This document shows, in pieces, positions 38,668 through 48,189 of a stretch of 64,000 bases of DNA. The stretch's first letter is position 1. Each line of letters opens with the position of its first letter. The stretch comes from a bacterium. Lineage in GTDB: Bacteria > Patescibacteriota > Minisyncoccia > Moranbacterales > UBA9337. Made by a program: the position numbers and the translations under genes. The DNA lies in the NCBI GenBank assembly GCA_021159185.1, contig JAGGSH010000011.1, positions 12,307 through 76,306 of the forward strand, read 5' to 3'. A model generated the notes under the pieces. That model had not been told where the DNA came from. It searched no databases and saw only the letters and a program-made list of their open reading frames with translations.

Positions 38668-40809
38668 TTATTTCAGAAATATTCTCGCCAACCGGATAAC
38701 TTCATAATCGTATTTCCCGCCCAAATTTTCATAAGCGGGGCTAAGTGTTTCTGTTCCGCATTTTTCAAACGCTTTTTTAATTTCGTTAAAAATTTCCGGT
38801 GATGGTTTAAGATATTTAATATCAATCTCTTGTCCGGAAGCGGATATTTTTTCAATATGCGAAACAATCGTGTCTTCGGCCAGCCCGCGCGCTTTGGCAA
38901 TACCGGCGATTGGGATTTTCTTTTCCAAAAATTCTCGCGTAATTTGGTATGTTCCGCTGCTAGCGGGTCTTAATTTTCTTTCCCTTTTTCGCCGCCGACC
39001 CAATATAAATTCTTTCGGTTGCAAATTATTTTTTGCGACATATTCTTTTATCACAAGCAAAAAGGCTTTTCCAAAATTTTTCACTTTTTGTTCGCCCACA
39101 CCGGTAATTTTCAGAAAACTATTTTCATCAGCCGGAAAGTAATACGCCATCTCGCGCAAAGAAACATCGGAAAAAATCACAAATGGAGGAACATTCAAAT
39201 TCTCGGCGATCTTTATTCTTAGCTCTCGCAATTTTTCAAACAGGTTTTCGTCGCAGTCAAAATCGCTTTCAACTTTAAGTTCATCATCAAAACTATCTTC
39301 CATTAATTTCGGCAATTCTAATTTTTCTTTTTTGTTTAAAAATACTTTCCCTTTGTTTGTAATAATCGGAATCGGATAATCGCCTGGCGCTTTTGCTAAT
39401 ATGCCGGCGCCCATCAGCGATTTGATTATTTCTTTTAGTTGCTCATCGGAAAAATCTTCCACGATTCCATAAACCGAAAGCGCGCTATGTCTTCTTTCCC
39501 GAATTTGTTTGGTGTTTTTTCCTTTCAGCACATCAATAATGTAATTCGCTCCAAAGCGGGCGCCGGTGCGAACAATCGCCGAAAGAATTTTTTGGGCGAC
39601 AATGGTCGCGTCAAAAGTTTCTTTTTTCGCCAAGCACGAATCGCATCCGCCGCAATTTTCGCTTTCATATTTTTCTCCGAAATATTCAAGCAGATACTTG
39701 CGGCGGCAGGAGCCAAGTTCGGCATATTCCATCACTTCCCGAAGTTTTTTCTCTGTCTGCCGCCTCAAATTTTCATCGCCTATATCGTTCAAAAAATATT
39801 CGTGCTTGCGCGTATCGGCGTAAGTATAAAACATAACGCATTCGGCTGGCAGTCCGTCCCGGCCGGCGCGCCCGACTTCCTGATAATAGCCTTCCAGCGA
39901 TTTGGGAAATGTGTAATGGACGACCAGCCGTATGTTCGGCTTGTCAATTCCCATTCCGAACGCGATAGTAGCCGTGATTATATTTACTTTATCTTTTATG
40001 AATAATTCTTGTGTCTCCTTTCTTTTAGCGCTATCCAGTCCGGCGTGATAAGGAAGCGCGGAAAATCCTTCCGCGCGAAGATCGGCTGCCAAATTTTCCG
40101 TGTCTTTTCTGGAAAAGCAATAAATTATAGCCGATTCTTTTTCACGCCCATCCAAGAGTCTTAAAAGTTTTTCAAAGGCGTTTCTTTTTTCCACAACGCG
40201 AAAAAACAAATTTTCCCGATTGAAACTGGAAACAAAAAATTTGGGATTTTCAAGATTGAGCTGGCTTAAAATATCTTGGCGGACTTTTTCCGTCGCTGTG
40301 GCGGTGAGCGCGATAATCGGCGCGCCGGGAAAAATATTTTTGAGCTTTTTCAGATTGCGGTAGTCCGGACGGAAATCATGCCCCCACTCGCTGATGCAAT
40401 GCGCTTCGTCCACCGCGATTAGACCGGGATTTAAATTTTTCAAAAAATTTTCAAAGTTACCCAAAGCCATCCGTTCAGGCGCGATGTAAAGTATTTTTAT
40501 TTTTCCGTCTAGCGCCTCATTTTTAATCCTTTCAATTTCACCGCCCGATAAGGTTGAATTTAAAAATTCCGCCGCGATGCCGCTTGCTTTCAAGAAATCA
40601 ACTTGGTCTTTCATTAACGCGATAAGAGGAGAAATGACCAAAGTGATTCCGGAAAGTTTCAGCGCCGGCAATTGGTAGCAAAGCGATTTTCCCCCGCCGG
40701 TTGGCATCAAAACAAAAGAGTCTTCGCCCGCCAAAACATTTTCAATAATTTCTTTCTGTAAAGGCCGAAACTCATCAAACCCGAAGTACTTTTTAAGAAT
40801 AGTCCGCAT
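38668..40809 (-). CDS. recQ: ATP-dependent DNA helicase RecQ
   Basis: FGFDEFRPLQKEII, MPTGGGKSLCYQLPAL, DEAHCISEWGHDFRPDY, a Zn-binding Cys cluster, and a C-terminal HRDC-like domain. Confidence 0.9.
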   Translation of the reverse strand: MRTILKKYFGFDEFRPLQKEIIENVLAGEDSFVLMPTGGGKSLCYQLPALKLSGITLVISPLIALMKDQVDFLKASGIAAEFLNSTLSGGEIERIKNEALDGKIKILYIAPERMALGNFENFLKNLNPGLIAVDEAHCISEWGHDFRPDYRNLKKLKNIFPGAPIIALTATATEKVRQDILSQLNLENPKFFVSSFNRENLFFRVVEKRNAFEKLLRLLDGREKESAIIYCFSRKDTENLAADLRAEGFSALPYHAGLDSAKRKETQELFIKDKVNIITATIAFGMGIDKPNIRLVVHYTFPKSLEGYYQEVGRAGRDGLPAECVMFYTYADTRKHEYFLNDIGDENLRRQTEKKLREVMEYAELGSCRRKYLLEYFGEKYESENCGGCDSCLAKKETFDATIVAQKILSAIVRTGARFGANYIIDVLKGKNTKQIRERRHSALSVYGIVEDFSDEQLKEIIKSLMGAGILAKAPGDYPIPIITNKGKVFLNKKEKLELPKLMEDSFDDELKVESDFDCDENLFEKLRELRIKIAENLNVPPFVIFSDVSLREMAYYFPADENSFLKITGVGEQKVKNFGKAFLLVIKEYVAKNNLQPKEFILGRRRKRERKLRPASSGTYQITREFLEKKIPIAGIAKARGLAEDTIVSHIEKISASGQEIDIKYLKPSPEIFNEIKKAFEKCGTETLSPAYENLGGKYDYEVIRLARIFLK

Positions 40810-40991
40810 TGGTTGTTTTTCTAAAAAAATTTCACTTCTCCATTATACCTCAAAAATATTTTATACACACATTCCCATAAATTTTCCGAAAAAAATTCCG
40901 CAGACTTATAGCATCCCCGGGCTTTTTCTTTTTTTTTGACTGATGCCCACTTTTCTTATAAGATGAAAATACCAAACAGATAAACAAACTA

Positions 40992-41564
40992 ATGGAAAAT
41001 AATTTGGAAAAATTAGCTTGGGAATGGATGGCGACCAATCCGGAAAAAGCGCGAGAGGAGAATGAATATTATTGCCCGACACGGGATGTTTTTCAGGCGC
41101 GGGTTGACAGATTTACTGCGGATTTGAACAGAAATAATATCAGCGAAGAAAATGCTTATATAATTTCCGCAATTGCCGGCGAGATCGGCAATAATTCCTT
41201 TGACCATAATTTGGGAAAATGGCCGGATGTGATCGGAATATTTTTTGGTTGTGAAAATTTTGATGGAAAATTCAAAATAATTTTGGCGGATAGAGGGCAA
41301 GGAATTTTAGCAACATTAAAAAAGGTTAAGCCTGAACTTAAAAATGACAGCCAATCATTAGAAACGGCTTTTACGGAGAGAATATCGGGAAGAATGCCGG
41401 AAAGGCGCGGCAACGGCCTAAAATTCGTAAAAGAGAATGTTGAAGCAAAAAAAATGCGCCTTTCTTTTTTTTCAGGAAATGCTCAAGCGGAATTGAACGA
41501 TAAAATGGAAATAAAAAAAGCGGAACGCGCCATCAGAGGTTGCTTGGCAATCTTAGTTTTCTAA
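40992..41564 (+). CDS. GHKL-family ATPase (histidine-kinase-like / anti-sigma-factor-like ATP-binding protein)
   Basis: N-box IISAIAGEIGNNSFDHN, G1 ILADRGQGI, G2 RRGNGLKFV. Confidence 0.65.
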   Translation: MENNLEKLAWEWMATNPEKAREENEYYCPTRDVFQARVDRFTADLNRNNISEENAYIISAIAGEIGNNSFDHNLGKWPDVIGIFFGCENFDGKFKIILADRGQGILATLKKVKPELKNDSQSLETAFTERISGRMPERRGNGLKFVKENVEAKKMRLSFFSGNAQAELNDKMEIKKAERAIRGCLAILVF

Positions 41565-41569
41565 AAAGT

Positions 41570-41851
41570 ATGCGTATTGAACTGAAAAAATTTGGAGATA
41601 TTCTAATTTCTCGCCCAGCGGGCAGAGAAGCGTATTTAGCTATGTCGGCCTATATAACAAAAGATGTCGGCAAAGATGAAATAGTGGAAATTGACTTTAC
41701 CGGAGTGAAAGTTTTGACTCCTTCTTGGGCGGACGAGGTAATAACACCGCTGGCGGAAAAATTCAAAAACACAAAACTTCTTAATACCGACAATTCGTCG
41801 GTTCAAGCTACCTTGAAAACCTTGCGGGAATACTCAGATTTAAAGATCTAA
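41570..41851 (+). CDS. STAS-like DUF4325 protein, the usual partner of the upstream GHKL ATPase
   Basis: 93 aa starting MRIELKKFGDILISRPAGREA, 5 nt after the ATPase stop. DUF4325 is characteristically adjacent to such ATPases. Confidence 0.5.
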   Translation: MRIELKKFGDILISRPAGREAYLAMSAYITKDVGKDEIVEIDFTGVKVLTPSWADEVITPLAEKFKNTKLLNTDNSSVQATLKTLREYSDLKI

Positions 41852-41944
41852 AATTTTTTACCGATAACGCCAAATAAAAAAACCCGCGGATTTATCGCAG
41901 TCCCGGGCTTTTTCTTTTTTCAAACAATTTAACAATATAGCAAT

Positions 41945-43621
41945 TTAACTAACCCAATGCTTTCCCTTCAACTCCTCATCTTCCTCTTCTTTTTTTTCTT
42001 CAATCTTTTCTTTAGCCAACTCGCGGAGACGGGAAATGTCTTCATTGATCAATTCCTTGGCGCGTTTTAAAAGGCGCGAACGGCTGTTTTTAGAAGTATC
42101 TTCAATCACTTCCGCCAATAAAACATCCAGTATGGCGCCGATTTTCGGTCCCGGCTTAATATCCAAGTTTTTTATGAGATCATTGCCGTTTACTTTAAGC
42201 ATCTTCACAGAAATAGGATCACGGCTGACTTTATCAATAAGATATTCCAAATAGCGAAGTTTATAGGGCTTGGCTTTGGGGACGCCGGAGCCTAACCGGT
42301 CAGCTACGCGGAGATCAATCAGATCTTTCATATTTTCCAAACCCACTTTTTTAATTAGTTTCCTTACGGAAGCTTCGCCCACTTCTTCGGGATTGTAATA
42401 AAACATATGATTATCAACCAAAATTTTCACTTTTTGGACTACTTCGCCGGGAAATCGCAGGCGTTTTAGAATTTTTTCCGCCACTCGCGCTCCCACATGA
42501 TCATGGTTGTAAAAAGTGGCGTAGTAGCCCTCTCCGCGTTTGGTTTGCGGCTTGGCAATGTCATGCAGAAGCGCCGCTAAACGCGTTTCTAACTTTTTAG
42601 ACGGGCAATACTTCAAAGCCATAAAGCCGTGCTTATAGATAGTATAAATATGATGGCGATTTTGCCGCATTCCTACGCCTTTTTCTAATTCGGGGATGAT
42701 GCAGGTTAGAAGTCCCGCTTTCCGAAGCGTGTCAATTCCTTCCGCGGGCTGGCCGGAAAGAATTATTTTGCTCAATTCGTCTCTTATCCTTTCTTGGGAA
42801 ATATATTTTAAGTTTTTAGCGTTTTTTTTGATCGCTTCAAAAGTTTTTTTCTCAATTTTCCAATTCAAATCATTTTTCTCTGTCTTTTCGCTTACTACTT
42901 GCTTCTTAATGCTTGCTACCTGGTTAAGCGTACTCGCGAAGCGGATCGCTCTCATCATTCTCAAAGCGTCCTCGTCAAACCTTTCATCCGCATCTCCCAC
43001 CGCCCGAATAATCTTGTCCTTAATATCTTTTTGGCCGCCAAACAAATCAATAACCTCGTAGCTACTTTTCGTGTCGTTCGTATTTGTTCGTAGGTTGGTA
43101 TCGGCAATAATTCGTAGAGCAATAGCGTTCATCGTAAAATCCCTCCTTGATAAATCTTCCTCTAAAGTTTTAGCAAACTTTACCTTATCCGGGCGCCTTT
43201 TGTCCGAATATTTAGATTCAATCCTAAAAGTAGTGATTTCCACGATTTCATAATCAGTTTTTAACTTCGTTAGATTTTCATTTTTATTAGTTTCTTCTTT
43301 TTTCTTTTTTCCAATTGAAGATTGAGTTGTTTTTGATGGAGATTTCTGTATCTTAGAATTTGCAATTTTGCTTGCTGCTTGCTGCTTGCTGCTTGCTGCT
43401 TTTATCCCGACTGTTCCGAAATTGTTTTCATAGAAACTGTTTTCTTTTCCGAAAACCGCCATTATTTCTTCCGGACGGGCGTTTGTAGTGATATCCCAAT
43501 CATTTGGTTTTCTGCCCATTAGCAAATCCCGCGCGCATCCGCCAACAATATAGGCTTCATAACCCGCTTTCTCCAGCTCTCGCAGAATTTCAATAATATG
43601 TTTTGGAATTTTTTTGATCAT
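41945..43621 (-). CDS. cca: CCA-adding tRNA nucleotidyltransferase / poly(A) polymerase family with a C-terminal HD domain and a low-complexity insertion
   Basis: AYIVGGCARDLLMGRKPNDWDITT (PolB-type NT domain), an HD motif LAALLHDIAKP, and an insertion containing a KQQAAS repeat from the tandem gcttgctgctt run at 43370-43400. Confidence 0.8.
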   Translation of the reverse strand: MIKKIPKHIIEILRELEKAGYEAYIVGGCARDLLMGRKPNDWDITTNARPEEIMAVFGKENSFYENNFGTVGIKAASSKQQAASKIANSKIQKSPSKTTQSSIGKKKKEETNKNENLTKLKTDYEIVEITTFRIESKYSDKRRPDKVKFAKTLEEDLSRRDFTMNAIALRIIADTNLRTNTNDTKSSYEVIDLFGGQKDIKDKIIRAVGDADERFDEDALRMMRAIRFASTLNQVASIKKQVVSEKTEKNDLNWKIEKKTFEAIKKNAKNLKYISQERIRDELSKIILSGQPAEGIDTLRKAGLLTCIIPELEKGVGMRQNRHHIYTIYKHGFMALKYCPSKKLETRLAALLHDIAKPQTKRGEGYYATFYNHDHVGARVAEKILKRLRFPGEVVQKVKILVDNHMFYYNPEEVGEASVRKLIKKVGLENMKDLIDLRVADRLGSGVPKAKPYKLRYLEYLIDKVSRDPISVKMLKVNGNDLIKNLDIKPGPKIGAILDVLLAEVIEDTSKNSRSRLLKRAKELINEDISRLRELAKEKIEEKKEEEDEELKGKHWVS

Positions 43622-43635
43622 AAAGTTTCATTCTG

Positions 43636-43707
43636 TGCCCTCACTAGGAATCGAACCTGGATCTCAGACTTAGGAGGTCTTTGCTCTATCCATTGAGCTA
43701 TGAGGGC
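43636..43707 (-). tRNA. tRNA-Arg (anticodon CCT)
   Basis: Acceptor GCCCTCA/TGAGGGC, D-arm GCTCAATGGATAGAGC, anticodon loop CTCCTAA, T-loop GGTTCGATTCC. Confidence 0.7.
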
Positions 43708-43735
43708 TTGTTATGTTATGTTATATTATATAATG

Positions 43736-43807
43736 TGGAGATAGAGGGATTTGAACCCTCGACTTCTTGCATGCCATGCAAACGCTCTACCCCTGAGCTA
43801 TATCCCC
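43736..43807 (-). tRNA. tRNA-Ala (anticodon GGC)
   Basis: Acceptor GGGGATA/TATCTCC with the G3:U70 identity pair, D-arm GCTCAGGGGTAGAGC, anticodon loop ATGGCAT, T-loop GGTTCAAATCC. Confidence 0.75.
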
Positions 43808-44023
43808 AAAACAAGATTTCATTATTTTAATCATAAGCGAGTTAAAAGAGTTAGTCAATTTAATCTCAAAAGCGGAATATAATCTTTTGCGGTAAAAATA
43901 AATGGAATAACTTGTGTATAACTCTCTAAATGATTCTTTTAAACAGCTTATCCACAGATTTAAGGGCTTTGAGGAAAATAAAAAAGGGGACCGCGCTGAA
44001 TTTAGCGTGATTCCCCTAATAAA

Positions 44024-44941
44024 CTAGAAGTCAAAGAATAGCTCGTTGATTTTTTTGATCACTCGCTCACTTTCTTCACGCGAGCAATATTCTTGCTTTT
44101 GTAAATAGTCCTCCTTTACATTTTTATAAGAATTACATTCCTTATTGTATCCCTTAGATCTGACGATTTCAAAGAGACTATTTGGCCATAACCCGTTTAT
44201 TGAGCGCAGTTTCTCCAGTACATCAGCTGGATCAATCTTGCCCGGACGAGGTTCGCCGAATAAATCAAAAGCCAGAAAATAGACAAACTCCGCATATTTC
44301 GGATGACTTTCTATATAGGGCATCATAAATTTCAACTCGCCCATGTCCGCTTCCGGAATTTCAAGCACAACTTTATCCCACAATGCTTTGACAATAGCGG
44401 AATATCTGTAAACTCCAGCCTTCGCAAAAATATACAGAAAATTGTTTAATTTATGATTCAGAACTGATCCCCCGCATGTTAATTGGTTGTAAGAAAACAA
44501 TACCGTATTTCTGATCAGCTGAATGATAACTTCTTGCGGTATTGTTTCCAGCGCTTTTGTCATTATTGCCTGCGGTTTATCGGGATTGATTTCCCTAAGC
44601 ATGCAAAGCCAATCCGCTCTTTCATCTATGTTTGCCGATTTGATATTCGCAAACAATACTTCAATCCTAATCAATTCCGCTAACTTATCGGCGTATTGCT
44701 GTTTTGCACTTTCTTGCCCCATTCTTATCTTATAGATTGTTTCAATGATTACATCTTGCGATGCGCCGATTTTGGCCACATCGTAAGCGTATAGTTCATT
44801 ATCGTTAGATAAACATTTTTTCAAAGCTTCATCAATTTCCTGAACAGTAATTTGATCCCCTTTATCTGCTCTGTTTATTAAACTTCTTATCAATCTGTTG
44901 CTATCCATCCTCATTTTGGCGTAATCTGTAAATTTTCCCAT
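44024..44941 (-). CDS. Hypothetical protein (305 aa)
   Basis: ORF next to the tRNA cluster with no recognised family. Confidence 0.4.
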   Translation of the reverse strand: MGKFTDYAKMRMDSNRLIRSLINRADKGDQITVQEIDEALKKCLSNDNELYAYDVAKIGASQDVIIETIYKIRMGQESAKQQYADKLAELIRIEVLFANIKSANIDERADWLCMLREINPDKPQAIMTKALETIPQEVIIQLIRNTVLFSYNQLTCGGSVLNHKLNNFLYIFAKAGVYRYSAIVKALWDKVVLEIPEADMGELKFMMPYIESHPKYAEFVYFLAFDLFGEPRPGKIDPADVLEKLRSINGLWPNSLFEIVRSKGYNKECNSYKNVKEDYLQKQEYCSREESERVIKKINELFFDF

Positions 44942-45162
44942 TTTCCTTTCCTCCTGCTTGGGTTTAAATTTTTAAAGAACTTCAAGGAAATTTGCCGCTC
45001 AAAAATCCTTGACTTGCAAATTTATCATAAATATGCTATTATGTAAAAAGTATCCTCCATTTTTGGAGGATATAGAAATAATGCTTTATATAAGCAGTTA
45101 TTTGATTTGTGCGGTATAAATTAAATTTCAGCTAAAAATATTCCGGTTTTTATTTTCTCTAA

Positions 45163-45178
45163 TGTTCCACGTGGAACA
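45163..45178. promoter_or_regulatory. Palindromic site TGTTCCACGTGGAACA (copy 1 of 6)
   Basis: Perfect 16-bp palindrome with a CACGTG core. Confidence 0.55.
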
Positions 45179-45207
45179 ATATAGTAGAAACTAAAAACGC
45201 GATCAAT

Positions 45208-45223
45208 TGTTCCACGTGGAACA
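45208..45223. promoter_or_regulatory. Palindromic site TGTTCCACGTGGAACA (copy 2 of 6)
   Basis: Perfect palindrome, 45 bp from copy 1. Confidence 0.55.
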
Positions 45224-45437
45224 ATGAAAAATTTTCTTCCTTTAGAAAAGGGAGATGTCTAGAGGACAAGGGATTTGAAAAAATTCAGTTAATTATCCTT
45301 CTTTCTTTTTCAGCGCTTATTTAACGAAGTATTTCAAATCTTCCTTAAATTCCTCCCAGTCATCCAATGGGACAGGCTTTTTTCCAAAAAGGGGAGAATA
45401 ACTTTCTATTTTTTCCAAGGGAGGAAGGAAATATAAA

Positions 45438-45453
45438 TGTTCCACGTGGAACA
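45438..45453. promoter_or_regulatory. Palindromic site TGTTCCACGTGGAACA (copy 3 of 6), ~107 bp upstream of the TrmB-like gene start
   Basis: Perfect palindrome in the operator position relative to the proposed start at 45560. Confidence 0.55.
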
Positions 45454-45559
45454 TTATAATAAAAACTCCCCCACTCCCTCTTTAAAAAAGAAGGAAAGGA
45501 ATAAGATTGTTCCACTATCCAAAGGCGGGCAGGCATGGAACAATTTGAACTTCAAAAGC

Positions 45560-46276
45560 ATGGACATAACAATATTAGAAGATATTGGCTTTACTAAGGC
45601 GGAAATAAAGGTTTATTTCGCGCTTTTAGAGATGGGGAAAAGCGGCGCCGGAATGATTATTTCCAAAACAGGTTTGCAAAATTCGGTGGTACATATGACT
45701 TTAAATAGGCTTTTAGAGAAAGGAGTTATTTCTTATGTAAAAAAAGGGCGATTTAGGGAATATTATCCGCAAGATCCAAATACGATTTTGGAAATCATAG
45801 AAAAGAAAAAAGAAAGTTTTGAAAAATTGCTTCCGGAAATTTTAGCCAAACAAAAACCGATTGAAAAAAACGAGGCAGAAGTGTTTAAGGGTATGAAAGG
45901 GCTTAAAACCGCTCTATATGATTTAATTGATGACGCGCAAAAAGGCGATGAATTCTTATTTTTCTCCTTTTTTGCCCAAAACCCGGACGATTTTGACGAA
46001 GTTTATGATTTTTACAAAGAATTCGCCAAAGATCGCGAAGAATATGGCATAATTACCAAAGGAATTGCTCCGGCAAGCATTAAAGATAAATTTGCCGGAA
46101 GAAAACTGCGTAACATTACTTTTGTTAATTTCCCTATACCGACAAATATCTCTGTTTTTAGAAATAAAGTGCTAATGACGCCATGGGAGGAAGAAAAAAT
46201 AACTTTCTTGATCCGATCACGCCAGTTAGCCGAATCATTTAGAGCTTATTTTTACTCCATTTGGAGTAAAAAATAG
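45560..46276 (+). CDS. TrmB-family (winged-HTH) transcriptional regulator, second paralog
   Basis: ITILEDIGFTKAEIKVYFALLEMGKSGAGMIISKTGLQNSVVHMTLNRLLEKGVISYVKKGRFREY. The internal start MDITILED is chosen because the longer track ORF begins inside palindrome copy 3. Confidence 0.55.
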   Translation: MDITILEDIGFTKAEIKVYFALLEMGKSGAGMIISKTGLQNSVVHMTLNRLLEKGVISYVKKGRFREYYPQDPNTILEIIEKKKESFEKLLPEILAKQKPIEKNEAEVFKGMKGLKTALYDLIDDAQKGDEFLFFSFFAQNPDDFDEVYDFYKEFAKDREEYGIITKGIAPASIKDKFAGRKLRNITFVNFPIPTNISVFRNKVLMTPWEEEKITFLIRSRQLAESFRAYFYSIWSKK

Positions 46277-46292
46277 AATAAAAAATAAAAAT

Positions 46293-46308
46293 TGTTCCAC
46301 GTGGAACA
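46293..46308. promoter_or_regulatory. Palindromic site TGTTCCACGTGGAACA (copy 4 of 6)
   Basis: Perfect palindrome 17 bp after the regulator stop. Confidence 0.55.
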
Positions 46309-46421
46309 ATAAAAGTACATAACCATAAAGATAAAACAATCGTTTATTTTTAATGGTTTTTTTATAATAAAGTATCTACGAACGATTTATTTAAAATGTC
46401 TTACTAAAAAACAAATCAAAT

Positions 46422-46437
46422 TGTTCCACGTGGAACA
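46422..46437. promoter_or_regulatory. Palindromic site TGTTCCACGTGGAACA (copy 5 of 6)
   Basis: Perfect palindrome. Confidence 0.55.
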
Positions 46438-46520
46438 ATTTGATGTATATAATGTAATCAATAGTGACATATTGCCTTTTTAAACCTCTTTTGGATTATA
46501 TTTTTTGTGATTTACCATGA

Positions 46521-46573
46521 TGTCATTCCCGCGAAACTTGTCCTCGGTTCCGATCGGGGAGCGGGAATCTAGA
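46521..46573. repeat. Family-1 MITE-like element (short unit)
   Basis: tgtcattcccgcgaaacttgtcctcggttccgatcggggagcgggaatctaga. Confidence 0.65.
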
Positions 46574-46704
46574 CTTCGGATAATCTCTTCGAGCTTTCCA
46601 GAATGATAATAGATACTCCATTGGCTTGCTATGGGAGAAAAATTCATTATAAAATTAAAATAGTCATAATATTCTAAGCTGTAAAAATGAATACACATTT
46701 AAAA

Positions 46705-46720
46705 TGTTCCACGTGGAACA
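46705..46720. promoter_or_regulatory. Palindromic site TGTTCCACGTGGAACA (copy 6 of 6)
   Basis: Perfect palindrome about 165 bp downstream of the integrase gene's 3' end. Confidence 0.55.
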
Positions 46721-46885
46721 TTAAGTCGTGAAACTCAAAATTTACCAACACTTTAATGTAAAATCTGTGGATAAGTTGTTTAAAAAAATATTATATAAAT
46801 TTCTTATAAGTTTTATGTCAGTTATTATTTTAATATTACCCGAGCTTCTTGACAGAATGTCTTAAAAATGGTGTGATATACTGGA

Positions 46886-47704
46886 TCAATCCAACGGGCT
46901 TTTAATGTTTTTTAGCTTAGGATTGGTAACTTTAGTATAAAGCTGTGTCGTGCGAATGTTCTGATGTTTCAGTAATTTCTGCACATATCGCACATCTACG
47001 CCATTTTCCAGCAAATGAGTGGCAAAACTGTGCCTTAACGAGTGAAAAGTGGCATCTTTCTTTATTTTAGCCAATTTTAAGGCTCTTTCAAAAACTTTCT
47101 GCGCTGTTCGCGTTGACAATTTTCCGCCACGATTACTTTCAAATAACAAATCATTTTTCTTTTTGCCAGCCATTAAACTCTGAATATCAATCTTTAACTT
47201 TTCCGGAAAAATGGCAATGCGGTCTTTTTTGCCCTTAGTGTTTTTAATATGGATAGTCAGTTCTTCTAAAGCAATATCTTTCACTTTTAAATTTATAATT
47301 TCGCTAACTCGCAATCCTGCTCCATAAGCCAAAGATAATAGCAAACGATGTTTGCTATTGGTAATAGCTAAAATAATTTTTTTAATTTCCCGGCGGGATA
47401 ATACAATAGGCAATTTCCGGCTTCTTTTGGCGAATTTTAAGTCAATTTTTTCCGGCGATTTTAAAATTTCTCTATATAAAAATTTTACTGAGTTTAACGC
47501 TAAATTAATTGTCTGGGGCGATAATTTTTTCTTTTGCTTTTTTAATAAAAATTCTCTTACGGCATCATTTTTAGATATAAATTTTTTACTTTTCACAAAT
47601 CGCAGATATTCCGCGATATAATATAAATAAGCCTTGATTGTTCCACGGCTATAATTTCGCAATAACATATTTTCTTTAATTTTTTTGAGGCTTATTTTTT
47701 GCAT
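46886..47704 (-). CDS. Tyrosine-type site-specific recombinase/integrase
   Basis: R...HxxR...Y catalytic pattern: AYGAGLRVSEIINLKVKDI, HSLRHSFATHLLENGVDVRYVQKLLKHQNIRTTQLYTKV. Confidence 0.8.
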   Translation of the reverse strand: MQKISLKKIKENMLLRNYSRGTIKAYLYYIAEYLRFVKSKKFISKNDAVREFLLKKQKKKLSPQTINLALNSVKFLYREILKSPEKIDLKFAKRSRKLPIVLSRREIKKIILAITNSKHRLLLSLAYGAGLRVSEIINLKVKDIALEELTIHIKNTKGKKDRIAIFPEKLKIDIQSLMAGKKKNDLLFESNRGGKLSTRTAQKVFERALKLAKIKKDATFHSLRHSFATHLLENGVDVRYVQKLLKHQNIRTTQLYTKVTNPKLKNIKSPLD

Positions 47705-47772
47705 ACGATGAAAATATTTGATACAGTATGATTATTATAGTGGATGTTTTTGTCCATTAATATTATACCATA

Positions 47773-47810
47773 CTTCATATAATATACAAATATTTGTATA
47801 TTATATGAAG
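47773..47810. repeat. Perfect 38-bp palindrome (cttcatataatatacaaat|atttgtatattatatgaag) just upstream of the integrase gene
   Basis: The 19-bp arms are exact reverse complements. Candidate recombinase core/arm site or operator. Confidence 0.5.
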
Positions 47811-47866
47811 ATAGTTCGCATAATAACCAGTTGTGACGAAATTCCGCTCCGCTTCATTTCATCACA

Positions 47867-48002
47867 ATGCCCGCCGTTACACGGCTATCGTGCTCCGCAG
47901 AGCTTCGCACAACAACCGTTTATGCACCGCTTACGCTACATTTTCATTTTCCCAAAAGTAAAACTTTTGTTAAAATGAAAACGTTGCATAAACGGCGGGC
48001 AT
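47867..48002. other. GC-rich long imperfect hairpin region (arms atgcccgccgtt / aacggcgggcat ~110 nt apart, nested ttttcatttt/aaaatgaaaa arms)
   Basis: Compositional island in AT-rich DNA with nested inverted repeats. Possible structured RNA or decayed foreign fragment. Confidence 0.3.
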
Positions 48003-48189
48003 TAGGCGAAATCAATTTTTACTTTTTAGATTTTGCTCCAGAGACTTTTTCTTTTTTTAAGAATAAGGAAAGAAAGTTTGATTTTCATTTTTTAATTAGG
48101 GGAGGGATAAGATAAGCGGATATTTTTTGTTCCGTACTTCCGCAAAAAATGAATTATTAAATTTTAAGTAGAAATGTTAAGATAAATTT

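Noticed and set aside
43370-43400. Possible small CRISPR-like or satellite array (gcttgctgctt x5)
   Set aside because: It is a simple 6-7-bp tandem repeat lying in-frame inside the cca gene and encoding KQQAAS repeats. Not an array.
47718-48115. 86-aa and 82-aa plus-strand ORFs overlapping the palindrome and GC-rich inverted-repeat region
   Set aside because: They span the perfect 38-bp palindrome and long hairpin arms, with no RBS or motif. More likely non-coding structured DNA/RNA.
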